The notes under the pieces: model-generated
Told to the model about the DNA's origin: nothing
What the model saw: only the letters and a program-made list of their open reading frames with translations
Databases searched by the model: none
Position numbers and translations under genes: made by a program
In this document: positions 25,535 to 35,513 of the stretch, in pieces
Numbering within the stretch: position 1 is the stretch's first letter
How the letters are laid out: every line of letters starts with the position of its first letter
NCBI RefSeq assembly: GCF_018350175.1
Contig: NC_058369.1
Coordinates: 15,688,001-15,752,000, forward strand
Reading direction: 5' to 3'
Source: Felis catus
Lineage: Eukaryota
Length of the DNA stretch: 64,000 nucleotides

Positions 25535-26380
25535 TACTTGAATCATTTCACTGAGGTCCAACTACAAAAGACTACATTTATAGTGCAGACTACAAGCTCT
25601 GACATGCGTATACCCGGGAAACTTGCACGTAATGAGTATCATGAGTATATGTGTCACCCCCGAAGGCTTCCTTGTGAGCCTTTGTGCCCTCGCTCACCTC
25701 ACACCCTCCCCCGCCTCTTCTCCCTCTCTCACCAGGAAATCACTGGTCTGTGTTCTCTCACGCTAGATTAGTTTGCATTTTCTAGAATTTTATGTAAGTG
25801 GAATCACGCTGTATGCGTGCTTTGGTCTGGCTTCTTTATGTAGCATAATTATTTGGAGATTCATTCGTATGACTGTGAGTATCAGTTGTTCATTCTGATT
25901 CCATTGTGTGGCTATGCCCACGGTCCATATATCCCTTCCTGATAATGGATAGGGTATCCAGTATTTGGGTTATTTCCAGTAATTGCTATTGCAATAGAGC
26001 AGCTATGAACATTCCTGCATCAGTCTTTGTGTGGACAATGCTTGCCTTTTTCTTAGGGAAGGACATCGCAGGGGGATGGTTAGGTCACGTGCTGGGTGTA
26101 TGTATAACTTTTTTTTTTAATGTTTACGTACTTATTTTTGAGAGAGAGAGAGAACACAAGCCAGGGAGGGGCAGAGAGAGAGGGAGACACAGAATCCCAA
26201 GCAGGCTCCAAGCTCTGAGCTGTCAGCACAGAGCCTGGCATGGGGCTTGAACTCACGAACTCTGACCTCATGACATGAGCTGAAGTCGGACGCTTAACCG
26301 ACTGAGCCACCCAGGCGCCCTTAGGTTTAACTTTTTAAGAAACTGACAAACGGTTTTCCAAAGTGGTTGTACCACCGTTA
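25535..26380 (-). mobile_element. Old L1 (L1MB/ME-like) 3' end, interrupted by a SINE
   Basis: TTTGCATTTTCTAGAATTTTATGTAAGTGGAATCA...TTTTCCAAAGTGGTTGTACC. Confidence 0.7.
26109..26320 (-). mobile_element. Can-SINE
   Basis: Antisense, inside old L1. Confidence 0.88.
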
Positions 26381-27221
26381 GGTGCTGAAAACCACCACAC
26401 TCTCAGAAAAGGAGGATGAGTCACGATGTTGTGTTGTAGAAAGGAAACCAACAGGTGAGGGTTGAATCTATGAAGGAGAATTGTTTTATTCTGAAAACTT
26501 GGGGTGTGGTGCTAGATGTGTTTCTTGGGAACTTTTCCTTGCTAAAAATATAAAAAGAAATGCCCGGCTCAGGCGGAGACACGTCCTCGAGTGAAGCAAG
26601 CTATTGTTCCCTTAGTCCTACAGGGGTGGGTTTACAGAGATTCAAAACACATACGCACAACAGCCGAGATTTATGGAAGTCAGCTTGGAGGCCCTTCGCA
26701 TTAGGGAACTACCTTTTTTTTTTTTTTTTTTTTTTTGCTAAACCAAATCTGGGACTTCCAGGAAATAGGGCCCCTTTTCCCATCCTGGGCTTACAAATGA
26801 AGCATGCAGGTAGGTGCTGGGGCCCAGAGAGGTCTCAAGCCAACCTCTGTCCTGTGATCTTCAGGAGCCCCCTGGGGGCATTTAGCAAAACAGATCCTGA
26901 GAAGTGGAGTCGAGAGCAAATGAACTCAGGTAAAAAGAACGCTGGGAAAACATGAAGTCCCCAAAAGGGCTCTTAGGGGAGAGGTTTCTCTCGTTTCTGT
27001 GTTGACAACCAAGATCATTTTGGAATCTAGAATATTTGGCTTGGTGTCGATGTAACATGGACTGTAACTCTCGCCTGGGATTTTTATATTTTTTGCACGA
27101 GGACAAACAGATATAACCTCCAGTCTCCATCGTTAGGCGTTTATTACTGTTCATTTATAAGACAGACCTCTTTTTGATTTTTGCCTTCTCTTCCTAGAAG
27201 CAAGCTTGCATCTGACCCATC

Positions 27222-27242
27222 ATGGTGCCCACAGAACTCACA
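27222..27242 (+). CDS. CCR9: CCR9 exon 2 coding part, MVPTELT (exon 27198-27242)
   Basis: Acceptor TTCTCTTCCTAG ends 27197; context CCCATCATGG; ATG GTG CCC ACA GAA CTC ACA then GTGAGT donor, phase 0; parallels human MTPTDFT / mouse MMPTELT. Confidence 0.9.
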
Positions 27243-27286
27243 GTGAGTATCGCCATGTTCCTCAGGCTCCTCGAAATGCGCTGTCA

Positions 27287-27767
27287 GAAAAGTGGTCCAG
27301 GTTCATTCTTCTGCGTGTCTCCGTCCAGTTTTCCCAGCACCACTTGCTGAAGAGACTGTCTTGATTCCATTGGCTATTCTTTCCTGCTTTGTCAGAGATG
27401 AGTTGGCCATACGTTTGTGGGTCCATGTCTGGGTTCCCTATTCTGTTCCGTTGATCTGAGTGTCTGTTCTTGTGCCAGTACCATACTGTCTTGATGATTA
27501 CAGCTTTGTAGTATAGTTGAAGTCCGGGATTGCGATGCCTCCTGCTTTGGTTTTCTTTTTCAAGATTGCTTTGGCTCTTCGGGGTCTTTTCTGGTTCCAT
27601 ACAAATTGTAGGCTTATTTGTTCCAGCTCTGTGAAGAATGTTGGTGCTATTTTGATAGGGATTGCACTGAATGTGTAGATTGCTTTGGGTAGTATCGACA
27701 TTTTAACAATATTTGTTCTTGTAATCAATGAGCATGGAATAGTTTTCCCCCACCCTTTTTTTTTGTG
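27287..27767 (-). mobile_element. Carnivore-type L1 ORF2 internal fragment with 14-bp TSD
   Basis: Translates to [22 protein letters not shown]...[18 protein letters not shown]...SKWCWENW (one frameshift); flanked by GAAATGCGCTGTCA / GAAATGCACTGTCA. Confidence 0.9.
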
Positions 27768-27918
27768 GAAATGCACTGTCATCTTGCCTGTTTTTTTGGG
27801 GGGGGGCGGTGTGGGAAGGAACCTGCTGTGGAGGAGAGATTTCTCTGTGTGGGTTCCCAGGGGTAAGGTCTCTGCCGAGCAGTGCCCCATATGGGCGGCC
27901 AATGCCAGCACAGAGGGC

Positions 27919-27972
27919 TTTACAAACTTGAAAAAGTTGTGAGAGTTTACAAACTTGAAAAAGAAGTGAGAG
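27919..27972. repeat. 27-bp tandem duplication
   Basis: TTTACAAACTTGAAAAAGWWGTGAGAG x2, two mismatches. Confidence 0.85.
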
Positions 27973-28080
27973 GAACACACTATTTTAGATCTCATTAACA
28001 GGTAAGAGTTTTTATGATTGGATGTGTCTGTTCTGAAACTAAGACAAAGGAGGATATGGGACAACCCTGAATTTGTGGGG

Positions 28081-28136
28081 TTTTTTTCAATGTTTATTTA
28101 TTTATTTTTGAGAGAGAGCATGAGTAGGGAAGGGGC

Positions 28137-28172
<36 letters not shown>

Positions 28173-28294
28173 AGAGAGAATCCCCGGCAGGCTCCTTGCT
28201 GTCGACATGGGGCTTGAACTCACAAACCGTGAGATCATGACCTGAGCCAAGATCAAGAGTCGGACGCTTAACCGACTGAGCCACCCAGGTGCCC
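28081..28294 (-). mobile_element. Can-SINE
   Basis: Antisense, (GA)n. Confidence 0.85.
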
Positions 28295-29721
28295 TCATCA
28301 TTTGTTTTGAATAAACCCGTGGTGAGCACATCAGTTCTGTCTCTTACACAACAGGACATAGGCTTTTCAAAAACCACATAAGAGCCTATATTTCTCTAAA
28401 CGAGACAAAGAGGCTAACGAAAATACTGGGTAAAGCCATCATCCAGAGAGTCATTTGGGATTTTGTAGCCAAATGTAATCAAGGACAGAATCACATCAGA
28501 TTGCTCCGTTTTTTGCTGTCCTCATAAACGCCTCACAGAAATATCTAACTGGTTTAATTTTGCTTTTCTCAAAGAGAAAGTCTGGGTTTTATAAGTCGGT
28601 GGTTGAAATCAAGCCTTCTTAGTGGGGCTAACAGACTGCCCTTCAAGGTACACTGGTCTATGAGTTCCAAGGTTCACGGAGCTTGGTGGTCACAATTGTT
28701 GACCTTAGACAAGTCGGCGATGCCACGCTAATGATGTTTAGTATTGCATGTGTATTGTTGCATATACCTAACAAAAAAAGAGACGATTAACTTGGATCTG
28801 CTGAAGTAAACGAGGTAAGTCTACTTTTCTGACCAGAATTAGACCCTTCGTTTCTCCTGTAGTTAGAATTTGCCTTTCATCCCGGATGCGGTGGAAACAG
28901 CTAGGTTGGGGCAGCCGAGTCGGGGCTGTGTCTCAGCCCGATTCGGTTTTGTCGTCTGGGATCTCGGAAGCTATCTAGACTCTGCAAGGCAGGCCCAGAG
29001 AGGAAGAAAAATACACCCCGATGATGACCTCTTATGGTCAAGAGGTGCCCAGCAGCATCTAAATGGGGAAAAGATGGGGCTCTTAATGGCTATTGGCAAA
29101 CAGCCCATGACATCCCAGTGGCCACTGTTCCGAGGAAGGGCTGTGCGCCGGTCAGTACCCAGGACGCCGCCTTCCTTCGACCTCACAGTGAAGGCAGAGC
29201 CAAGTTTGTGGATGAGGAAACCGAGGCTGGGAGGGTGGGGGAGGGGTCAGGGTCATGGCGAATTGGAGGAGGAGACCGGCAGAATGCTCTCAGTGCCCAC
29301 AGCATCCCCGGGGTGCTCCCTGTAGACAATTGTCAAAGGCGCTGAGATTCAGGTCTTACTGTTTGGAAGTCTTACTTCCTCAAGTGTGGGGACAGGGCTC
29401 CCTAGAGACGGAGGCCGGCCATTCCTGCTCCTCCTGACCAGCTCACATCCCTCCCTCCCTCCCTCCATCTTCCCTCCCGCACCCCTTCCCCCACGCAGGT
29501 GCCCACTTTGGTGCTGAGAAGAAATAAGGGATGTGGCCTCGCAGGACACGGGCTTTGCCCTTGGCCCTGTTCTCTGCCTAGAGGTGCAGGCGACGGGACT
29601 GGGGCTGATAGAAGCCTTCCAGCCTTCCGGAGATGACCTGAGTCAATGCAGGAGGCTCCTGAAAATCCGGAGGCCTTCTTCCTGCCCCAGAAGATGCTTA
29701 GCCCTTGATGCTTGGCCCTGC

Positions 29722-29951
29722 TTCTTCTTCTTCTTCTTTTTTTTTAATTTTTTTTTTAACATTTATTTATTGTTGAGAGACAGAGTGCAAGCAGGGGAGG
29801 GGCAGAGCGAGAGGGAGACCCAGAATCAGAAGCAGGCTCCAGGCTCTGAGCTGTGAGCACAGCCCGGATGTGGGGCTTGAACTCATGAACCGTGAGATCA
29901 TGACCTGAGCCGAAGTTGGACGCTTAACTGACCGAGCCACCCAGGTGTCCC
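29722..29951 (-). mobile_element. Can-SINE
   Basis: Antisense head/tail. Confidence 0.88.
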
Positions 29952-31361
29952 TCTTTTTGCTTCTTTAACCAAGCTTAGCCTGGGGTTTCTGTACGTTTCT
30001 ACTGTGCAGAGCTGGCCTAAGGGGTCTTGTCTGGTGACTGTAATTGGGCTACAAGCTTGGCCGAGCTTCCCAATTAAAAAGGGGCCCTGATATGGTTCAT
30101 GAGGGAAAAAGAGACCCTTCCCTATTCTTCAAGAGATACGAAAGCCTTTCTTCACATCTCCTTTGTATTTAAAGGCCTAACGTCTTGGGTAGGTCTTAGT
30201 GAGTAGGACACAGATGTCTATGAAGAAGCCCCTGGAGGCCCTGCTCTCAGGGGAGAGAGTGGACCCCACGAGGGTTCCTTAGACACCACCTTGATGGAGA
30301 CTTTAGGAAGGGTGCCCGGGAGAATGTGGGAAGTTGTTCTAGGCATTGCCCAAACTAGAAGGTTCTGGCATGGGCTCCTGGTTGGGAAATAGACTGGAAA
30401 CATGCAGATTAGCCTGTCATTCCACCGATTCTCTCCTGGGATCTCTTTCTGCTGTGCAAGGCTCTGAGAGCAGCCTGCCTAGGTAGCTTCTCCAGCAAGA
30501 ACAGTGTCTCTAGGACCGCTCAGAGAGCAGGCGAGCTGGAAGGAAGGAATTCATTATCTCAGAGTCCTCATGGAAGCCTGAGCCCTCATCTGAGAGAGGT
30601 CTTCCTGCCCTGGAAATGTGAGGATTATGTCACACACGCACGTCACGGCGTCGGCACTGGGTCTGGCATGCACTAGGCACCCCAGCTATGGCGAATAAAA
30701 TACGTTGGTAAATAGTGCCGTTTACGTCTGCTGGGAAGTTTTTGAAGGGTACCGTATCTAACATCCAAAGGATATATACCCATTGCGCGTGTGCAGAGCT
30801 AGAAGCGCGAGTCCCAGCATGGTGGGGGGACACGTTTGCCCAGGACTCCCCTAGCCTGGGAGGTGGACTCTTCCTCATAAAGGCAGCCAAACCTTTCATC
30901 TTGTATGGATGATGTAGGCCTACCTTGGTCTTCACAACAAATGTGGCCTCGATGACACGTATACAAATCTAGGGTTTTTTTGTGTGTGAGTCAAACCACT
31001 TTTAAAATACACCGGCGGGGGGGGGGGGGGAGTCCCTAACTAAATATAGTTCTATGCTGGACCACCGGGCCCTCCACCCTCAGCCAACCGGAGAACACCC
31101 GCCTTGGGCTTCTAGCGGGACACATTCTGGGGGTCAGCGCTGGGGAGTGGTGGTCGTGCCCGCTTACTGGGCAGTGGAGAAGGCTGGGTCTCCTGGGGCA
31201 CTGGAAATGCTGAGGTCCCCCCCCTTCCCCCCGCCACCCCTTGGGGCTGTATCTGTGGATGGGGACGCTGTGTCCCTCCCGGATTTATAGCTTGGGGCTC
31301 AGGTGCATGTGACAGTCTCTTAAAAGTATTTGATCACCCCCAAAAAACGTAAAAAAGAAAT

Positions 31362-31478
31362 AAAAGAAAGAAGGAAGGAAGGAAGGAAGGAAGGAAGAAG
31401 GAAGGAAGGAAAAAGAGGAAAGGGAAGGGAAGGGAAGAAAAGAAAAAAAAAAGAAGAGAAAAGAAAAAAAGAAAAGAA
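31362..31478. repeat. 117-bp pure purine tract with (GGAA)n
   Basis: Only A/G on + strand. Confidence 0.9.
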
Positions 31479-31849
31479 CCTCTACAAAAGCAGTTTCACG
31501 CTTACTCATTGTGTGGATTCACAGTTAACACCTGCTCATCTGCACGAGCAGATGACTTTTCCCCAAAATGTCACCGTGCCGACCCATTAAAGCTACACTG
31601 ATCCCCATCTTGGGGTCTCTGTGTTCTTCATATTCTTCCTTCCTGCCCTAAAAGTTCTTTTTGCTCCAAGTCTACTCAAGCCCCACCTCTCAGGAGACAA
31701 CCTCCCTGGGGGGCCACGACGATGCCAGGCTGCCAGGTTCGGCTTTGGGAGAAGTCTCCCGGCATCCTCACCAAAATATGTGTCTCCCAGGGAATCTGTC
31801 CTCCCAAGACACTGGGTTTCTGGGTAATGGCTGAAGCTGGAGGGAAATC

Positions 31850-32081
31850 TTTATTTTTTTTATTAAAAAAAATTTTTTAATGTTTATTTATTTTTGAGAG
31901 GGAGAGAGACAGAGTATGAGCAGGGGAGGGGCAAAGAGAGAGGGAGACACAGAATCTGAAGCAGGCTCCAGGCTCTGAGCTGTCAGCACAGAGCCCGACA
32001 CGGGGCTCGAAGTCACAAACCGTGAGATCATGACCTGAGCTGAAGTCGGATGCTTAACCGACTGAGCCACCCAGGCGCCCC
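31850..32081 (-). mobile_element. Can-SINE
   Basis: Antisense head/tail. Confidence 0.9.
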
Positions 32082-32181
32082 TTAGAATTCTTAACAAAGT
32101 TTGAATAAGGGATCCTGAAAGCTATATAACCTGTCCCAGTGCTTGTGCATGTATGTGAAAGGGTATGAATGAGTGTGTGCA

Positions 32182-32186
<5 letters not shown>

Positions 32187-32228
<42 letters not shown>
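32187..32228. repeat. (GT)21 microsatellite
   Basis: Directly visible. Confidence 0.95.
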
Positions 32229-32229
<1 letters not shown>

Positions 32230-32341
32230 GCTGTTTCAGGAGCAGAGGATACATAGTTTGCAGAAGGCTCAGAAGAATCTGGACCCAGAAAAGTTTAGGA
32301 GCCTCTGAGGACCTTTATGGAAGAATGGAATAGAGAGGAGA

Positions 32342-32571
32342 GGGGTGCCTGGGTGGCTCAGTCAGTTAAGCGTCCGACTTCGGCTCAGGTCATGATCTCA
32401 CAGCTTGAGTTCGAGCCCCGCGTCGGGCTCTGTGCGGACAGCTTGGAGCCTGGAACCTGCTTTGGATACTGTGTCTCCCTTTCTCTCTCTGCCCCTCCCC
32501 AGCTCGCACTCTGTCTCTCCCTCTCTCAAAAATAAATAAACATTAAAAAAATGTTTTAAAAACTTTAAAAA
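32342..32571 (+). mobile_element. Can-SINE (sense, CCR9 intron 2)
   Basis: 18-bp TSD AATGGAATAGAGAGGAGA. Confidence 0.92.
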
Positions 32572-32996
32572 AATGGAATAGAGAGGAGAAATCAGAATCA
32601 TTCAGAGTTCAATACAGGTTTGTGCCCAACATTGGTCCCAAGGGGGTCCTACCACATCCGATCACTTGTCATGTGTCCTCTAACTGTTCATGTGTGCCCT
32701 CCACCAGCAGGTGGGTTCCACGACAGCTGGAACCACATCTGACTTACCCACTACTGTGTTTTTGGCATGCACGCGGTACCTGACACGGAACAGGCGTGCG
32801 AGAGATAGTCGTGGACTGTATAAATCTGTTGTGATGTGAGCAGATGCCCTCAGAAATTCCCGCTTGCCCTGCATGCATTTCTCTGCCTCGTTGCAGATTT
32901 TGGGGGCTGGGAGGGTCACGGGGTCCGGGCCCCTACCGTTCTGAGATCCTCCGAAGGATCGTCCTTGACCTGATGGTGTCTGGTGTCTCCTTGCAG

Positions 32997-34079
32997 GGTC
33001 TTGTCTCTAACATGTCTGACGATTACAGCTACCATCCCACGTCTCCTCTGGATGACTACCTAAACCTCCCTGAACTTTACTGTAAGAAAAACAACGTCCG
33101 GCAGTTTGCGAGCTACTTCCTCCCGCCCTTGTACTGGCTCGTGTTCATCGCGGGCGCCTTGGGCAACAGTCTGGTCGTCCTTGTCTACTGGTACTGCACG
33201 AGAGTGAAGACCATGACCGACATGTTCCTCCTGAATCTGGCGATTGCTGACCTCCTCTTCCTCGCCACGCTTCCTTTCTGGGCCATTGCCACCGCGGACC
33301 AGTGGAGATTCCACACCTTCCTGTGCAAAGTGGTCAACAGCATGTACAAGATGAACTTCTACAGCTGCGTGCTGCTGATCATGTGCATCAGCGTGGACAG
33401 GTACATTGCCATCGCTCAGGCCATGAAAGCGCAGACCTGGAGGCAGAAAAGGCTCGTGTACAGCAAAATGGTCTGCTTTGCTGTCTGGGTGCTGGCGGCC
33501 ATGCTCTGCATCCCCGAAATCCTGTATAGTCAACTCAAGAAGGAATCTGGCATTACCATTTGCACCATGGTTTACCCTAGTGACGAGAGCACCAAAGTGA
33601 AGTCGGTGGTCTTAACCTTGAAGGTCGTCCTGGGCTTTTTCCTTCCTTTCGTGGTCATGGCCTGCTGCTACACCATCATCATCCACACTCTGTTACAAGC
33701 CAAGAAGTCATCCAAGCACAAGGCCCTGAAGGTGACCGTCACCGTCCTTACTGTCTTCTTCCTATCTCAGTTCCCCTACAACTGCATTCTGTTGGTGCAG
33801 ACCATCGATGCCTACGCCATGTTCATTTCCAACTGTGCCATTTCCACCAATATTGACATCTGCTTCCAGGTCACTCAAACCATCGCCTTCTTCCACAGTT
33901 GCCTGAACCCCGTGCTCTATGTTTTTGTGGGCGAGAGATTCCGCCGGGATCTTATGAAGACCCTGAAGAACTTGGGTTGCATCAGCCAGGCGCAGTGGGT
34001 CTCGTTCACGAGGAGAGAGGGAAGCGTGAAGCTGTCGTCCATGCTGCTGGAGACGACCTCGGGAGCGCTCTCCTACTGA
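32997..34079 (+). CDS. CCR9: C-C chemokine receptor 9 (CCL25 receptor), main coding exon; spliced product 367 aa, second Met at 33012 gives 355 aa short form
   Basis: Acceptor TCTCCTTGCAG ends 32996; 7TM class A GPCR motifs YCKKNNVRQFAS, TDMFLLNLAIADLLF, SVDRYIAI, SQFPYN, HSCLNPVLY, C-terminus LLETTSGALS. Confidence 0.97.
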   Translation, partial: GLVSNMSDDYSYHPTSPLDDYLNLPELYCKKNNVRQFASYFLPPLYWLVFIAGALGNSLVVLVYWYCTRVKTMTDMFLLNLAIADLLFLATLPFWAIATADQWRFHTFLCKVVNSMYKMNFYSCVLLIMCISVDRYIAIAQAMKAQTWRQKRLVYSKMVCFAVWVLAAMLCIPEILYSQLKKESGITICTMVYPSDESTKVKSVVLTLKVVLGFFLPFVVMACCYTIIIHTLLQAKKSSKHKALKVTVTVLTVFFLSQFPYNCILLVQTIDAYAMFISNCAISTNIDICFQVTQTIAFFHSCLNPVLYVFVGERFRRDLMKTLKNLGCISQAQWVSFTRREGSVKLSSMLLETTSGALSY

Positions 34080-35167
34080 GGGGTCTTGGCTCCGACGTGG
34101 ATGGCCCTCTCGGAAGTAATGAGAAATACAAGTACAGCTTCTCCACTGATGGGACCAGAGGGAAACCAATGAAGAAAAAGAAAAAGGAAATGGGGGTGGG
34201 GGGAGAAAAAGCCCAGAAAGGGATGAATTTGGACAATTACTTTAGTTAGAATTTCCAAGTCAGAGTTTTCCACATGGACTGGCCATCCCGTGAGACCATG
34301 GACTGGCTCTTGGCTGCAATGTGTACAATTTTCAGAGAAGGACCAACAGACAGCTCTTTAGACCACCCTGGCTTCGTCCCTGGTCTGAGCATTAATGCAC
34401 CTGGAAAAGGCGTTCGATTTTCCCAGTATACTGCGGATGGCTGTGGCTTCGGTTCTGAAGCCACCTCTTCCAAAAGGAGACACAGACCCACTGGCCGCTG
34501 CCACCAGGAGTCCACAAAAGCACAAGGTTTCCTGAAAACTTCCATCTTGGGGGGGAATTTCTGCCGTGACTTTGGGGCCTGGTGCCCATGCCAGGTCTTC
34601 TAGATTCTTGATCAGAATCTTTTCAAACAACCTCAGATCGTCTCCTCTGGTCTCCTTGATCTGTTCTGGGCCAGGGAGGGACCCTGACCCTCTTTTGAAC
34701 TACCTGCTTGACTAGCCAGCGAGCCCCTGGACTAGTAGCCTTATCTGAACGTCATCCCTATTCTCTCGGTGCTCTTGTGTCCATTTCTGGGTCCTGCCGG
34801 GGGGTTCTGTGACTCCACAGAGTCTGCACAAGGACTCCGCATATCCACTCGTGTCACGGGGGCGGTCAGCCTGTGCGGGGACTCTGAGAACCCGAGCGCC
34901 CTGGCTCTGTTGTGGGCTCAGTCTGCCAGGTAGCTTTTGTGATGGTCCACTTTTCCACTTCCCATAAAACGGGTTGGTTTTACGGACCCTCTTGTTTCTC
35001 AGGCGGCTGGGAGGAGACCTGCGTCCACGCTGTTCTTTTTCTTAATGGATAGCGCTCACATGTTCAAAAGCTTTCGATTTAGAGATTAGACTGGAAAAAA
35101 GTAATAGAATTCACTTTTGCTTTGTTTCTTTTAACTATTTGGCTAGCACATTTGAAAACATTTTATA

Positions 35168-35362
35168 GGGGCCCCTGGGTGGCTCAGTCGGTTGAGCATC
35201 CAACTTCGGCTCAGGTCACGATCTCACAGTTTGTGGGTTCGAGCCCTTCATAGGGCTCTGTGCTGACAGCTCGGAGCTTGGAGCCTGCTTTGGATTCTGT
35301 GTCTCCCTCTTTCCTGTTTGTGCTCTCTCTCTGTCAAAAATAAGTAAAAATTAAAAAAAAAA
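35168..35362 (+). mobile_element. Can-SINE in CCR9 3' UTR region
   Basis: Sense head and A-rich tail. Confidence 0.9.
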
Positions 35363-35507
35363 TTTGTATATCAGAAAAGTGTTTTTTGATGATCATTACA
35401 AAAATACCCATACTTGTCACTTTCTTCACTGTCTCTGTATTTTAAATGTGTCCAAGTGAAGATCCAAAAGCCATGTTAGAGGGTGAGGAATAAGGGTGGG
35501 ATAAGGA

Positions 35508-35513
35508 AATAAA
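35508..35513 (+). terminator. CCR9: Probable CCR9 poly(A) signal AATAAA (3' UTR ~1.4 kb)
   Basis: First canonical AATAAA I found downstream of the stop, followed by pyrimidine-rich sequence. Confidence 0.55.

Noticed and set aside
27195..27200. NAGNAG acceptor (TAG AAG) at CCR9 exon 2
   Set aside because: Would shift only 3 nt of 5' UTR.
27919..27972. Direct repeats as a CRISPR-like array
   Set aside because: Two abutting copies without spacers in mammalian DNA; a simple local duplication.
32844..32996. N-terminal extension of the 411-aa CCR9 ORF (MPSEIPAC...)
   Set aside because: Intronic read-through upstream of a clear acceptor at 32996; the true N-terminus comes from exon 2.
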